Assembly: GCA_001179505.1 (NCBI GenBank)
Contig: CDMY01000698.1
Span: forward strand, 1 to 64,000
Length of the DNA stretch: 64,000 nt
Origin: Vitrella brassicaformis CCMP3155
Taxonomy: Eukaryota > Protista > Chromerida
Reading direction: 5' to 3'
This document shows positions 11,944-24,972 of the stretch, in pieces. The first letter of the stretch is position 1. Each line of letters opens with the position of its first letter. A program made the position numbers and the translations under genes. Below the pieces are notes generated by a model. That model saw only the letters and a program-made list of their open reading frames with translations. It did not search any database and had not been told where the DNA came from.

Positions 11944-13486
11944 CTAGGCAGCATTGTGTCTTCTGAAGGTGAACACGAACTCGCTCTCCGGCTGCTCGAG
12001 CGAGTCACCCACAGCCAGATGATGACCGCCTGACCACCATCGACACACAAACATGCACATCAATCATGTCTGAACATATATATGTGTGTGGGGGGGCACA
12101 TTTCCCACCGCCGAGTGTGATGACATCGCCGTCGTTGAGGATGGCGTCCGTGCACTTGACGGAATTGACAAACAACCCGTTGGTAGACCTGCACACACAC
12201 ACACTTAACACTTGGGCCTCAGTGCTCTCGCACTCCCATGCACACTTGTGTCTACCTGGTGTCCATGACGCGCACCACATACTGCCCCTGCCCCCCCTGG
12301 GAGCCACCCGGCCGGCGGTCGACCAGAATAGTGGCGTGCATCCGGGAGATCATGTTGGGCACCTTCCTGCACAGACAGACACAGATCTCTCACCCACAGA
12401 CAGGTACTCTCGTTTCTCTTTCCCGAGATGACTCACGTACGTGCTGTCTAGGTGGAGGTCCACTTTGTCCCGCTGTCTGCCGATAACAAATGTCCCCTCG
12501 CGCAGCTCCACCACCCTCGGAACTGGCACCGACGCATCCGCACTGGCGGTGTGCTCCAACACGCCCACAACGGTGGAGGGTTCCGCGCCCTCTGCACCTC
12601 CCACACCCTCTCCATCAGCTACCGCTGCCTCACCATTGGCTAGTTCCTCATGCTGCTGCTGGTGGTGGTGGTGGTCGGATTGCTGATCCTCGATAATGCG
12701 TGGCTGCCGGGGTTGTGGAACGAACGTGTCTGTGTCCAGCACAGTGGCCGTGCAGCCACCTCCAAGAGAAGCACCAGCACCATGACCACCTCCCCCATCA
12801 TCATGGGCCTCTCCTCCCTCTCCCTCTCCCGGCCCCTCCCGCTCCCTCTCTCCCCGGCCCAGCAGATGCAGCGCCCCACCTGCGTCAACATCCTCACCAT
12901 CCGGGTGCTCCTCCTGCTGCTCGGCCTGCCCAGCTCTCTTCCGCTTCCGCTTCAGCCCAGGCCCGTCGCACAACCGATAGAAAGACGAAAGAGGAGCGGG
13001 GCGGGGTGCTGCTGCGGCTGGAGGTCGAAGGACACGCGGGGCGATGATAGGGGCCGGTTGGGTCATGTCGGGTAGGGTGGGCGGGCAGTCCCCTAGCTGC
13101 GCGCCGTAAGCAGGGGCCTCAGAAGCGCCAGCCGTCACGCCGGTCGTCTCTCTGCCGGTGGTTTGCGATAGCGGGGCGACAGCGGGAATTGAGGCTGCTT
13201 GGGCGATGGCAGGCTCCCCGGCCTCCTCTACCTTCTGCCTTTGCTGCATCGTCGCCTCGTCGTCATTCACAGTGTCGCTGCCTGCTTCGCCATCGCCACC
13301 GTGCTGCTGTTTCTCTTCGGCTTCTGGCTGGGCAGCCTCCCTCTCGGCTACTGCTGCCACGGGTGCGTGATGGTCCGGCTCTCGAGGATGGCTGGCGGCG
13401 GGAGGGGAGGGACGCACGGAGCCGGGGTCTGCAGAGGGCTGCTGAGCCGATGCTGCGCTCTGGTTGGCGCTGCAGGAAGACACCAT
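11944..13486 (-). CDS. FHA-domain protein (C-terminal FHA, long disordered N-terminus with KRKRKR NLS), 4 exons
   Basis: FVIGR, ISRMHATI, STNGLFVN, LNDGDVITLGG are FHA signature motifs; last exon ends ...EFVFTFRRHNAA*. Confidence 0.85.
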
Positions 13487-13565
13487 AGGTAATTTCACAG
13501 AGAGAAGGAACAGATGCACTCATCGTTTCATTTGTTTCGTCTGTCGACAGTACCGTATCTTCTGA

Positions 13566-16500
13566 ATGAGCCCTTTCCACTTGCGGTCGCTGCCGGTGTC
13601 GGTCTCTACGCGTGCAAATCTCCCGAGGCCGCTGTCCTTGCGCCTTCCTCGGTGGTTGGCTGACGTGCTTGACGATGGAGAATCATCCAGAAGGCTGTCA
13701 TCCAACAGATCCTCGGGGATTCCGAACCGAAAGCGCCCGCCGCTCATCAAGCCGATTTTGAGTTCGGATGGTCTGAGCAGAGCACAAGAAAACCAACTAC
13801 GCCTCACCACAAGCCGATACAACCCTATGTGCGAGGCTGCTTGCCATGGGTCAGGCACCTTACAACCATCTTCATCGCTCTCTTGTGTCTTTCCCAGGCT
13901 TGGATTCAGAATCGGGGTGACCGCCCCCATCGTGCCCCACGGAAGTGACAGACGGAAAGAACCAATGGGGGAGGTCAACGAAGCGACTATTGCTGGAGTC
14001 ATCATCGACACAGAACCACATCCCACAGAGCACACCGCCCCGCAGCCAGCTTCCTCACAGGAACAGCAGCAACCCATCACGAAGCTCGGCGACGAGAGCA
14101 CAGGGGCACTTGCTGCTGTGGAGACCTGTTCAGAGAAGGGGGCTGGGGACAATGAGGCCGGAGAAGATGGTGGACAACCATGCGGAGCGAGGAGCGCGAG
14201 TTGGCGGCCATGGTGGCTGAGTTTCGACTCTGTGCGGGACCTGCAGCCTCCTTTCAGGAGTTTGAGACTCACTTACGCTATGAAGGGGATGTTTTTGTTG
14301 GTGCTGTATTCACCCCGGAGCCCTTTTGGAAGACAGTGAGGCGGACGGCAAAGGTGCTCGTCTCCCAAGTGGCCGGTGCGGCAACAATCGCGTTTCTCTG
14401 GGCTCTGGTTTGGGTCGGGTATTTCTGGGCATGTGCGAAAGGACCGTGGATTGTGCTTGATGTATCTCGCCGCATTGTTGTTGCCCTGTGCATCACCGCT
14501 ACGATGCTGTTCGCGGCTGAAGACAGCTTTCGTGGAGCTCTCTATCGCTTGAAGACGACATGGCCTTTCTTCGCTCCTCTATTCATCATACACGTCGGCG
14601 GTGCTGTGTTCTTCAACGTGGAGGCCTTGTGGCCTCACCGCCTTATAATCCCAGGTTGTTTCTATGTGTCCGCAGGGATTGTCGTGCCAGTGATGTAAGA
14701 AAGGGAACAAATGAAGGACGGACGATCTACAGAAAACGGGCAACTCATGTCATATTCTCTTGTGTTCACTTGTGTTGCATGCAGGGTCTTTCGCCAAGTG
14801 GCTCTCACCTCGAGGACGGTTGTGAGGAAGCGGCTTTATGTCTTACAAATGACGTTTATCTTTCTCTTTACCATAACAATTTTCTCACACGCAGCTCGTT
14901 TCTTCTTCTTACCTGTTATCAAAGAAGTAGCGAGAGGTCGTGGAAATGTCAATAAAAAGACTTTCATCATTCTCGTACCGGGACTCTGAGATGAAGAGAC
15001 AGGCTCACTGTCATGAATGCATTTCATGTGTGTGTCACTTCCCGTCGTCAGTACAAATAACAAATGTGCATACCCGCATGCAACCCAAACAGACCTGTGA
15101 ATGGCCACCTACTGCGGCTGTCAACACATACATGAACCTACCGACCCCCATCCCGTGTGCGCATCAGCCCGGTTGGCATCTACGTGTGTGTTGTGTATGT
15201 TTGTATATGTAAGTACTTGTACACACACAACACATACACACAGACCTTCAAGGCGCATCTTCCCCTCACCAAATGTATGCATACGTATGCATGTAGCAGA
15301 CAGCCGCAGTTGAGTCAATCGCTGGCTTGTAGCAGACAGCACCCACATCCCACCATGACGGCCTTGACGTCCACAGTAATGGGCAGTAGGGACTGTCAAA
15401 AATGAGAGTTTACAGAAGGGGCTAGGAAGGGGCCCCCCACTAACAGGACAAACATCCGCCCACTAACAGGTCGCGGAAAGAAGAGAGAGCACGTGGTTGC
15501 TGACAATGTCCCCTCTTCTTGCACTCCGTAAGGCAGCGTAGCCTCATCGTAGCCTCATCCTGTGCCGTCAATTTGTGCGTCTTGTAGTGACGGCGCTAGT
15601 CCGCTCATTGCGCGACGGTCCTGCGCTGCACTCGGGGACGCCGATCTCGTTTGGGGTGGTAGTGTTCAGTCTGTAAGTCTGTCCACCACACACGACAAAC
15701 AACACATACCCACTCTCTCTTGCTCTCCTGTCTGTCTGTCTGTCTGTCAGCATCCCAAGAGTGATGCAGGCCAAGATGCAGCATCTGTCCTCTCAGGTAA
15801 AAGATGCATGCAAATCGCATGCTTTGGTCACCTTTTTTAACTCTCGGTGTCCACGTGTTCTCTCAGGTTTTGACTTCGCTAATCTTCGCCTCGTTCGACT
15901 TATTGACCGACTTGGCCGTCCCATATGGTTAGTGCATAGTACATATACATAAGACCAATGGCGACCATCGTTGGATTGTCGTTTGGTGTGTTTCTGGGTG
16001 CAGTGGTGGTTGCTAGTGGTACACTCAAGAGAGCTTTGATGCGGTGCCTGTCCTCATGGAAAGTCCGACATCAGCACTCAAACGAGACGCCCGATACCGT
16101 TACTGGCGAAGACACCCACAACACTGAAGAAACAATAACCGACAAGCAGCCGCCGGCCAAGCTGCTCAGCCGTCTGTCCACCACTGTGATGAGCTTCTAC
16201 ACAGGGAGTAGTCGCACAGGTGCCAGCACTCTCTTCAGCCGCCAATCGCTGAGGTCCCTGAGCTCATTTCTCGATGTCCCCACACGAGTTGTCCAGTTCA
16301 AGCTTCACCCGATATTCCTCAGGAGGCTCAGCGACGTAAGGGAGGAGCATGTCAGTTTTCTTTATACCTTCAAATCACACGTCTCCCCCATTTTCTGGCT
16401 GATTTCCGTCGACGGATGATGAATGCAGCAGATGCACGCTTACGGGTTGGCGGAACTAACGGTGCTTATTCTCACAAACGCATCTATCATCACTCTCGGC

Positions 16501-16833
16501 CAGGTGCTCTCTCCATCACTTCCGCAGCTGCTTGAACGAGTGGCCGGTCTGCTGATCATGGTGCTTATCGAGGTGGTCTTTGAGGGCATACTATTCGTTT
16601 GGCTTGTCCGATCCGCCGATTTGCCTCTCCTGAGAAGCATGGCGGAGCCCGGTGTTATGAAAATGCACTTGGTTGGACTGGCAACCGCCGGCGGCATATT
16701 CATTATACGTGGAGGGCCATACTTGCTGCTTTTACTGTTGAGTGCTATGGATGAAAGCAGATACGAACGAATGGGGACGACACGAGACTTCTGCCCCGAT
16801 CACTGGACCGTATCTGATATAGGATTGACGTAG
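13566..16833 (+). CDS. Multi-pass membrane protein of unknown function, possibly degenerate (apparent frameshift near 14178)
   Basis: Several hydrophobic exons (14180..14698, 14785..14980, about 15550-15672, 15750-15950, 15958..16350, 16429..16833) with GT-AG introns; the N-terminal ORF 13566 and TM ORF 14180 are in different frames with no intron of usable length. Confidence 0.6.
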
Positions 16834-17079
16834 GAGACCCCCTATGAGGGGGTCGGACAGAAAGTTCCTGGTATGTTAGCGTGCTATCGGTGAGTTAAGC
16901 GATTCTCGAGATGTGCAATTCTCAAGTGAGTGGCTGGAATGAATTTGTGTGCATGATGAGGTGAGGAAGGGAAATTTGTCACCAACCAAAAATTACGCTA
17001 CATGAATGAGGAACTGGGAGAGGGCCTACAGAAATCCCTCCAACCACACGCCGCAACACATGCATGCGTTTTGGTGCAT

Positions 17080-20000
17080 CTATTTGTTGTGAGCCCGCCA
17101 GGGCGTCTGTCTGCGTTTGTCTAGCGGCCTATTGGTCTGGTTCCTGAACCTCTGTGTCCACTTGACCGCTTCGTTGACAGACATGCCCTCTTTGCGCCGG
17201 TTCACAAAGTCCATAGCCTCGCCACAAGTCGCCAATCGTCTCCTGCACACACACACACACACACACGCGTGTCACAAATACGAATAGAGACACACAAATG
17301 TGCGTTTGCCGTCTGTCTTCATCTCACTTGTTTATGGCCCTGATGGTCTCTGAGACGTCCTGTGCACCGATGGCGCCACGACTGTGCAGGTGATCAAAAG
17401 CACGACGCTGCACACCATACACAAGACGACAAGCACACAACGCATGTATTCTCCACATGTCTCCCTCTCTCACCGTCTGTGTCCTGGAGGTCTGTTCCTC
17501 CTGGTGCGCCCGCAGCCTTGCAGACATCGGGGAGCCGCTCGGCGACCGGCGCTTTTTTGCGCCGCCTTCCACTGTGCTGCGCCTGGCTGTTGCTGCAGTG
17601 GCAGGCCTGCCGTCGTCACTCGACAGCTCGGCCAGCGGCTTTTCCCCTGGCAAGTAGCCCCCCCTCATCCTCTCGCGAGTGACATGCATGTCCGCACGCA
17701 CATAGGCGCGCAGCTCTTGCTGAGGTGATCGGACACAGATAGAGGAATGGGAGGAGACATACACGTGAGCGGCTGCTTAGGGCTGATTTTCTTACTTCAT
17801 ATGGCTGGTTCTTGATGGCCACGCGGCTTCGAGTGCCCTTCGGCCCCAGGATTCTCTCCAGCTCCCGCATACTAGACGAGCGTCTCGGTGGCGTCAGCTC
17901 AGAGACGTCAGCAAGCCGCTGGTGCAGGTGGTCAACCATGTCATTCAAACTGCTGCCAGGGCGACTGGTGGTCTCTTTGGAAGTGGCTGCCTCCTCCAGA
18001 CCTTCGAGAAGTCCGTGCTTCGGCCGACCTCGCTTATCGAAGAACTCCAGTGACGATGCTGACCGCAAAATGGGTGGCTTTTCCTCCTGCTGCTGCTGCT
18101 GCCAGGTCACAACACGCGCTGATGGTGTGGTTACTGCAGCGGGTGCATCGGGAGATTCCAGCTCTGGTGGCTTCTCCTCCTCTTCTGTTGTCTCGCGGAC
18201 AGTGGGGGTTGTCTGTGGCCGTGCTGCAGGGGGCACCACTGTGATGATCTGGCGCGTCCATGGCCGGGAGAAGACCAGGCCTGTTGGCGGCCGTGTGCTG
18301 CATTCATGCGAAGATACTATGTATGGCTCGTTATGGGTGGTGTGGTGTGTCAGTACCTCTCTGTGAGGCCGGGTGTGGGTTGCCTCATGTCTGTGTCCAC
18401 TGCTCTCGTGTACCTACACGAAGAAGCACACACTCACACGAGCACCGTCAAATAGTGGAGTGGCTTGGCATTCGTCTGTCAACCTACCCTCTCTTGGTGA
18501 GAAGCCTCTCCAGCTCGTTGTCCTCAACAGCCGTGGGCTCCATTGGCGATGGCTCTCCCGCCCCGGCATCGATATCTCTTGGGTGTGCCCCGCCGCCCCC
18601 GCCGCCCTTGGTAGAGAACGACATCAGTCGGCCCCTCGACTGACTACGGCTGCGAGGCAGACCAAGTGCTGTCTGCGCTCGCCGCCTCTCTGCCTGTTGA
18701 GGTTGTTGATCCTCTTGCCACCGCAGTCGAGTGCCGGCTCTGTGAGGCTCGCCTTCCGCCCCTGATGCTGTCTCGCTTTGTACGACGCTGCCACTGCTGC
18801 TGGCGAGAGATCTCTCCCTCTCTCGCGCTGATTGTACGGTTGGGGTGTGTTGTGTGTCTGTGAGAACACGGATGGCTGGGGCCGTCTTGCGTCTGGGGCG
18901 GGGCGGCTCGCGAATGATGAACAGGCGGGACAGCAGGCCGGCCGCTCGGAACCTGAGCAGCCGCTCCACCCTCTCCATTTTCTCCTCTGTCGTTAGTTGG
19001 ACACACACATAGAGAGACAGAGGAGGAAGAGGTGTCGATCAGTCGAAAGCCATGAAGGTGTGAATGACTGGAATCACTATGCCCACCGAGCCTCTGTCGT
19101 GTTTGGAGGCAGTATGCGAGCTGGTCAGTCTCGGCTTTGCTGACCACCTCTTGCTGCCTCTGCTGCAGGGTGGCCGCCTGCGCCTGCCTGCAGATGAACA
19201 AGCAAACGACACACGAAACATAGAGATCGTTTTGACTCCATCTGTCCATTCACCCATCCATCCGACTTGGCGACTTGCTTGAGTGTGGCTTGTTTGCGCA
19301 TTTGAGCTCTCCGCTGCCGCAGCTGCAGCACACGCATCGCCTCGCGACGCAGCCTCTGCACACAGAGAGACGGAGAGATAGACGGGAATGAGGTCCAGAC
19401 AGCCATTCAGCTGCTGGTGCTGCTCACAGTGTGCTCAGCGAGCTTGCCGAGGGCGGTGGTCAGGTGCTGCATGTACGCCTCACGACGAGCCGCGCGCCAA
19501 TACTGAGAACAAGAGCCACCACCTACACATATGCCATTGTTCTCCGCATGCTCACGTTTTGGTCGTCTTCCTTGACGACCGCCCATTGTTTGAAGTTGGC
19601 TCGTCTTTGGTGCAGTCGATGCGCCCTCTGGTGGTGCGTGGCTAGCGACTGCTCCTCCTTGCGCTTGAGGCACCGCTGCCGCCTCTGTGTCGCATTAAGA
19701 TACAAACGATTAGGTGCGTGTGTGGGTTGTTTGTCTGTCACTCGCTCACTCACTCACTCACCCACCCACTGACTCACGTGTTCAGCTTCCTCCGTTCGGC
19801 GCTGTCGCTCTTGACGAACCTCCTCGGCAATCTCCCTTCGGCGCCTCTCTGCACACACGATACACTCTCTATGAGACACGAATCTGTCTACGCGTCTTGT
19901 CTCTATGATACATGTATACATAAATGAATGAAAACATACATACATACCTCCGTGCTTCTGCTTGAGGTGGTATACTTCCAGTGCCTGCCTGTCCTGCCGC

Positions 20001-21425
20001 TCCTCCCTCTTGCGTATCCTTTCCAGCCGCCGCGCCACACGCTCACCTACACTCATCTCCGTCTCGTCGACACTGCGCCGCAGCAGCAGAGTGGGCAGCA
20101 CCGCCGTCAGGGCAGTGCTGCTCATGGCGTCAGAGTCCATTCTGGTGTCCATGCGTGAGGGGAAGGCCATGAAGGCGGGCAGCACCGACTGGCGGGGGAG
20201 AGAGCCGCGTGTCGGCGGGGGGAGGGAGGAGGGGCGGCGGGAGGACATGGATGGCAGCTTCTGCATACACATATCACCTTTCGCCTCACACAGACTCGTT
20301 CATACATAAGGGTGCAAGAGCGCATCTTGTCCCTCCCTGCCTCGCCTCTGTGTGTACCTACCATGGTGACGATTGATCCCCGATGTTCGCTCTTCCTGGC
20401 CTTGATCTTGACGGTGCTCCGCTTCGCATCGGCCCTCGCTTTGTCGTCATCTGCCTCCTTCCCGCCCCATGACCGAGACGTCCCCAGATACCGCAGGCGC
20501 CTCTGCCTGGCCGTCCGGTCGGTCAGTCGCTGCATCGCCTCGGCCTGCTCCAGCACCCTCGTCCGCTCCTCGTAGCCCCGCTTCAGCTCCTCCGCGAAGT
20601 CATAATACTCGGCTGGCGCCTCGTCCCACGCATAAACACGGGCATGCTTGCCCCATCCTCTCACCCGCCGCTGCTGCTGTGTGTACGGGGCTGAGCCTTC
20701 TTGTGAGATGCCTGACGAGCGGCGTCTGGATGCTGCTCGCAGACGCTGCGCCTTGTTGCGCCACTTCAGCTGGATGGAGCGGATGGACCGATTCAAGAGG
20801 GTGCTCTTGGTGCGCTGCACCATCTGCCAAGGCCAACCAGCATGACACACACACGACTGTTAGGTGATGTCTCGACCGGCGAGGCACCGTACCTGTCTGC
20901 GTATCTCTCTGTCGGCCACTGACCGCTGCTTCTGTCGCTCCTTGTGCCGCAGTGAGGCCTGGTACTGGGTCTCTCGCCGCCGGCGGACCTGTGTGTAGGC
21001 ATCCACACAAGACAGACAGACAGACAGACAGACAGAGAGAGAGAGACAGACCATCCCATGCATGCATCCCCTGGTCTGGTCACCTGTTCCGTCTCTGCTC
21101 TGATCGACATCTGCCTCGATTCATTGAGGCGGCGCCTCTCAGCTGCATCGGCAGCGCGGCCTGCAGCACTCACGCTATCCCGCCCTCTCCCCCAAGCCAC
21201 CACCTCCGACACGTGTTGTCCAGCTGGGGCCGTCCTGGGAGGCGAAGGGACCCGGAAGCGGCGCTGGGCGGCAGCCTCTGCGGCGTCCTGCTGGATGGCT
21301 TCCTCGATGAGGGCATCGATGAATGTCGATGGCTCCTCTCCAGAAGACGTATCTGGTGACTCATCCAAGAGGTCTGCCTGCAGCTCCTTGAGCTTGGTGA
21401 ACTCGCGAAGAAGCGCCGCGTGCAT
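17080..21425 (-). CDS. Hypothetical Arg/Gln/Glu-rich coiled-coil protein, many exons (could be two genes)
   Basis: Series of charged helical exons (MHAALLREFTKLKELQ..., AEELKRGYEERTR..., ERVARRLERIRKREERQ..., QRLRREAMRVLQ...) separated by microsatellite introns with minus-strand polarity. Confidence 0.55.
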
Positions 21426-21536
21426 CGTTCGCGGTTGGTCAGCTCGAGGAAAAAAGGAGACGGGGATCGCCGACCCCTCTGAGCTCGCAGATCTCTCCCC
21501 TTCGCCCCGTTCCTTTTTCCTCTCCCGGTTTTTATC

Positions 21537-23898
21537 ATGGCTGCCACTGTTCTGTGGCTGTGTGCCGTGCACGGCACCTCTCTCGTGGATGGAAGAACCG
21601 CAGAACAGCCGTCACCACGAGCCACGGGCTTCATGCACAGACGTGCACATGCAGGCGCATCGAGGTTGAGATCTTCCTCCAGGCTGCAGGCATCGAGGGT
21701 GGCTGAGGGGGTTGCAAAGACGGCCTCGTCAGTCAGATTGGTGAGAGTGATGCAGACAGAATGCGGCAGACCGAGAAAGACCGCTCCGTGTGTGTGTGTG
21801 TGTGTCAGAGTGGGCTGCCGACAGAGGGCCGTCTGTTTATCGACGGGGAATTTGTCGAGTCGTCGGCGCTAGAGACCTTCAAAACACACGACCCGGCCAC
21901 AGGAGATCTCATTGCCACCGTCCAACAGGCCAAGTAGGTGACATTGATTTGGTCCATGCTGACCCGTGTGGCAATGGCTGTGAAGAGTCACTCACGTGCT
22001 GTGTGTCCGTTCAGTGAGGAAGATGTTAACAAGGCAGTGGCTGCTGCCAAGAGAGGTGAGCACTGCACCCATGCACGCAAATACCTCCACATCGAGGTGC
22101 ATGGATCTGTCTGCCTGTGGCTGGCTCGTGCCGTCAGCCTTTCCAAACTGGTCCCAGGCTGACGGTCGCTTCCGTCGGGACTGTCTCTACCGCTTGGCGG
22201 ATCTGATGGAAAGGCACATCGACGAGTTGGCAGAGATGGAGAGCCGAGACAGTGGGAAGCCCATCACTGAAGCCAAGTACCTATGCAGACAAAGAGGGGG
22301 TTCTCTTACACACTCCTGGTCTCTGTGTGTGCTGCTCTTGGCCCCCTTCCCAACCACACACCTCCAGGACGGTTGATCTGCCGCTGGCCATAGAGGCAAT
22401 CCGGTATTATGCTGGATGGGCTGACAAGATCCAGGGCGACACCATCCCACTTAGCAATCACCACAGCACGCTCGCCTACTCGACGAGGGAGCCCGTCGGC
22501 GTCTGTGGCCAACTCATACCCTGGAACTTCCCCCTGCTCATGTTCTCTTGGAAGACGGGTATGTGCAGACAAAACAAACCCACGCACACAGACAGGAACC
22601 GTTCGCCATCTGATGTGGCTGTGATGTGTCCTGCAGGTCCGGCCATGGCGACTGGCTGCACAACTGTGATGAAGGCCAGCCAGAAGACGCCCGTGACGGC
22701 TGCCATGTTGGGCCATCTGATCAAAGAGGCAGGCTTCCCACCGGGCGTCATCAACATCCTCCAGGGGCCTGGTCGTGTGATCGGCGACACACTGATCAAC
22801 CACCCTGATGTGGCCAAGATCGCCTACACGGGTTCCACTGCACAGGGGCGACGCATCATGCGTGCCTGTGCCGAAGCGGGCATGAAGCGTGTGTCGCTCG
22901 AGCTCGGCGGCAAGAGCCCGCTTATTGTGCTCGACGACGCAGACCTGGACCAGGCGGTCAAAGCCGCATGCCAGGGGTGCTTCTCAAACATGGGTCAGTG
23001 GCGAAGGCGTCACGTGTCTGTCCGACTGATGTGCGTGTGTGTGTGTGTGTGTGTCGGTGTGTGTGAGCGTAGGCCAATGCTGCATAGCGTCCACCCGAAT
23101 CTACGTCCAGGCGGGGGTGTATGACGAATTCCTCAGACGCGTCGGCGAATGCGCAGCGGGTATACACAGACACTCTCAGACTATAGGTCACGCACAGACG
23201 CGATGATGTCCTGTCTGCATGATCAGCACGCACAATCGGGTCGCCGCTGGACGCTGCAACGGTGCACGGCCCTCAGATAGGGGAGAAACAAATCGAGACC
23301 ATCCTGGCCTATGTCGAGGGTGCACACAAGGACGGCGCCAGGCTCATCTGCGGCGGCAAGAAGACCAGCGTCGATGGAAAGTAAGACAGGCACAGGGGAC
23401 CTTACCACGCATCATCTGACGGGCGTGGTGCGTCTGCATGTTTGCGCATGTGTGTGCATGTGTGCAGGGGCCACTATTTCGAGCCGACGGTGTTTGCAGA
23501 TGTCAGTGACGATATGGCGATCAGCGAGGAAGAGATATTCGGTATGGCGATCGCCTCGCCTGCGCATTGGCCCGAAGTATCTGTTGTCGATTGTAGGCCC
23601 CGTCATGTCGGTGCACAAGTTCAAGACCGTCGACGAGGCCGTCGAGCGCGCCAACGCCAGTCAATACGGGCTAGGCGCTGGCGTGTGCACTCGCGACGTC
23701 GGCAAGGCTCACTCGATCGCGCGGAGGCTGCAGGCCGGCACCGTCTACATCAACACGTGGAACCAACTCGACGCCGCCGCGCCATTTGGAGGGTTCAAGC
23801 AGAGCGGACAGCACAGGGAGCTGGGGGAGGCTGGGTTGGAGCCCTACACGGAACTCAAGACCGTGGTAGCGGACATATCGTATCGGTCGGAGCAGTGA
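21537..23898 (+). CDS. Aldehyde dehydrogenase, class 1/2-like, with N-terminal targeting-like leader; about 9 exons
   Basis: LFIDGEFV, RYYAGWADKIQG, EPVGVCGQLIPWNFP, GFPPGVINI, YTGST, LELGGKSP, GQCCIAS (catalytic Cys), EEIFGPV, APFGGFKQSG; the checked junctions from GKPITEAK to the stop are in phase. Confidence 0.95.
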
Positions 23899-24770
23899 AG
23901 GGCGCGACTCGACGAAGTAGTGTCACGTGTGTGATGGATGCATGTGTGATGTACATGTGCACACGTATGTGCGTGCGCGGTTTGTGGATAGGAGCATGGA
24001 TCGGCGGGGCAGCAGCCCTGTCAGTGCATGTTTGTGTCTTTCTGTGCAGTTTCTGGAGCATGTGTGATGCAATACCATGGTGTACTTTCTGGTGATCGAT
24101 GCCGACCGCAGCTAGACATACTTTCTGATGGTGCATGTCATGTCTCGCATTCATGATCACTCGGAACGGTTGGGAGCGATGTGACGACGATATAAGTTCT
24201 GAGTCTTGACACCCGAGCCGACCGTTTACATATGCATTCGAATCACCCGAGAATTGCATCGACAATTCATCCGCAGTCCTTGTCGTGCACGTGAGCGACA
24301 TCCCGCTGACCCGTCACGGTCGTTTGTGTGTCGGCTGTGTGTTACGATGAGCAATCGAAGCAGTTTCTGATGAGACACCGATGGGTGTGCGCGTGTGAGA
24401 TGGTGTGATGGTGTTGTGCGTCGACTTTTCATCCTCCAGTGCACTTATTCCTCCGTAAGCGCTCCATACGCAGCTGGTCGGTCAGTAAGTCTGTCTGTCT
24501 GTTTGTCTCTCCCTCTCTCTCTTCCTCACACGACATCACAGACAAGCAGCAAGGGCGACGGCATGCCAACAGACAGACAGACAGACCGGCCCAGGGAGGC
24601 AGCCGGGCATATCCCACGAACGGGCTCCAAAGGCTCAAAAAGGAAATGCAGTCCATAATTGATCGTGCAAAGAACCGTGCATCACACGCCATTAGGCACC
24701 ACGCAATGCAGCCAGCGCCGGACATGGCTTTGTGCTACCGGTCCTGCCTGCATCTCATCCTGCGTATCTC

Positions 24771-24817
24771 GCGGGGCGGAGCGGGGCGGGGCGGGGCGGG
24801 GCGGAGCGGGGCGGGCG
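24771..24817 (+). repeat. (GGGGC)n pentamer tract, G-quadruplex-capable
   Basis: gcggggcggagcggggcggggcggggcggggcggagcggggcgggc read directly. Confidence 0.85.
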
Positions 24818-24972
24818 TCCGTTGCCTCATTCCTTTCCTTTGCGGGCAGAGACGCGCAACGCCGCACTGATGTATTGAAAGCGCCAGCTCACACCCTCAT
24901 TGCCGACCCAGCCCTCGTTCCCGGGATCCCTGACACACATCCCAAGACACACACACACACACACACGCATTC

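Noticed and set aside
13520-14272. 250-aa minus-strand ORF as the N-terminus of the FHA protein
   Set aside because: It is antisense to the plus-strand membrane-protein ORF and ends in a stop before the FHA ORF; likely a shadow ORF.
24429-24870. Small gene between ALDH and the oxygenase
   Set aside because: Microsatellite polarity conflicts on the two strands and no frame gives a convincing protein.
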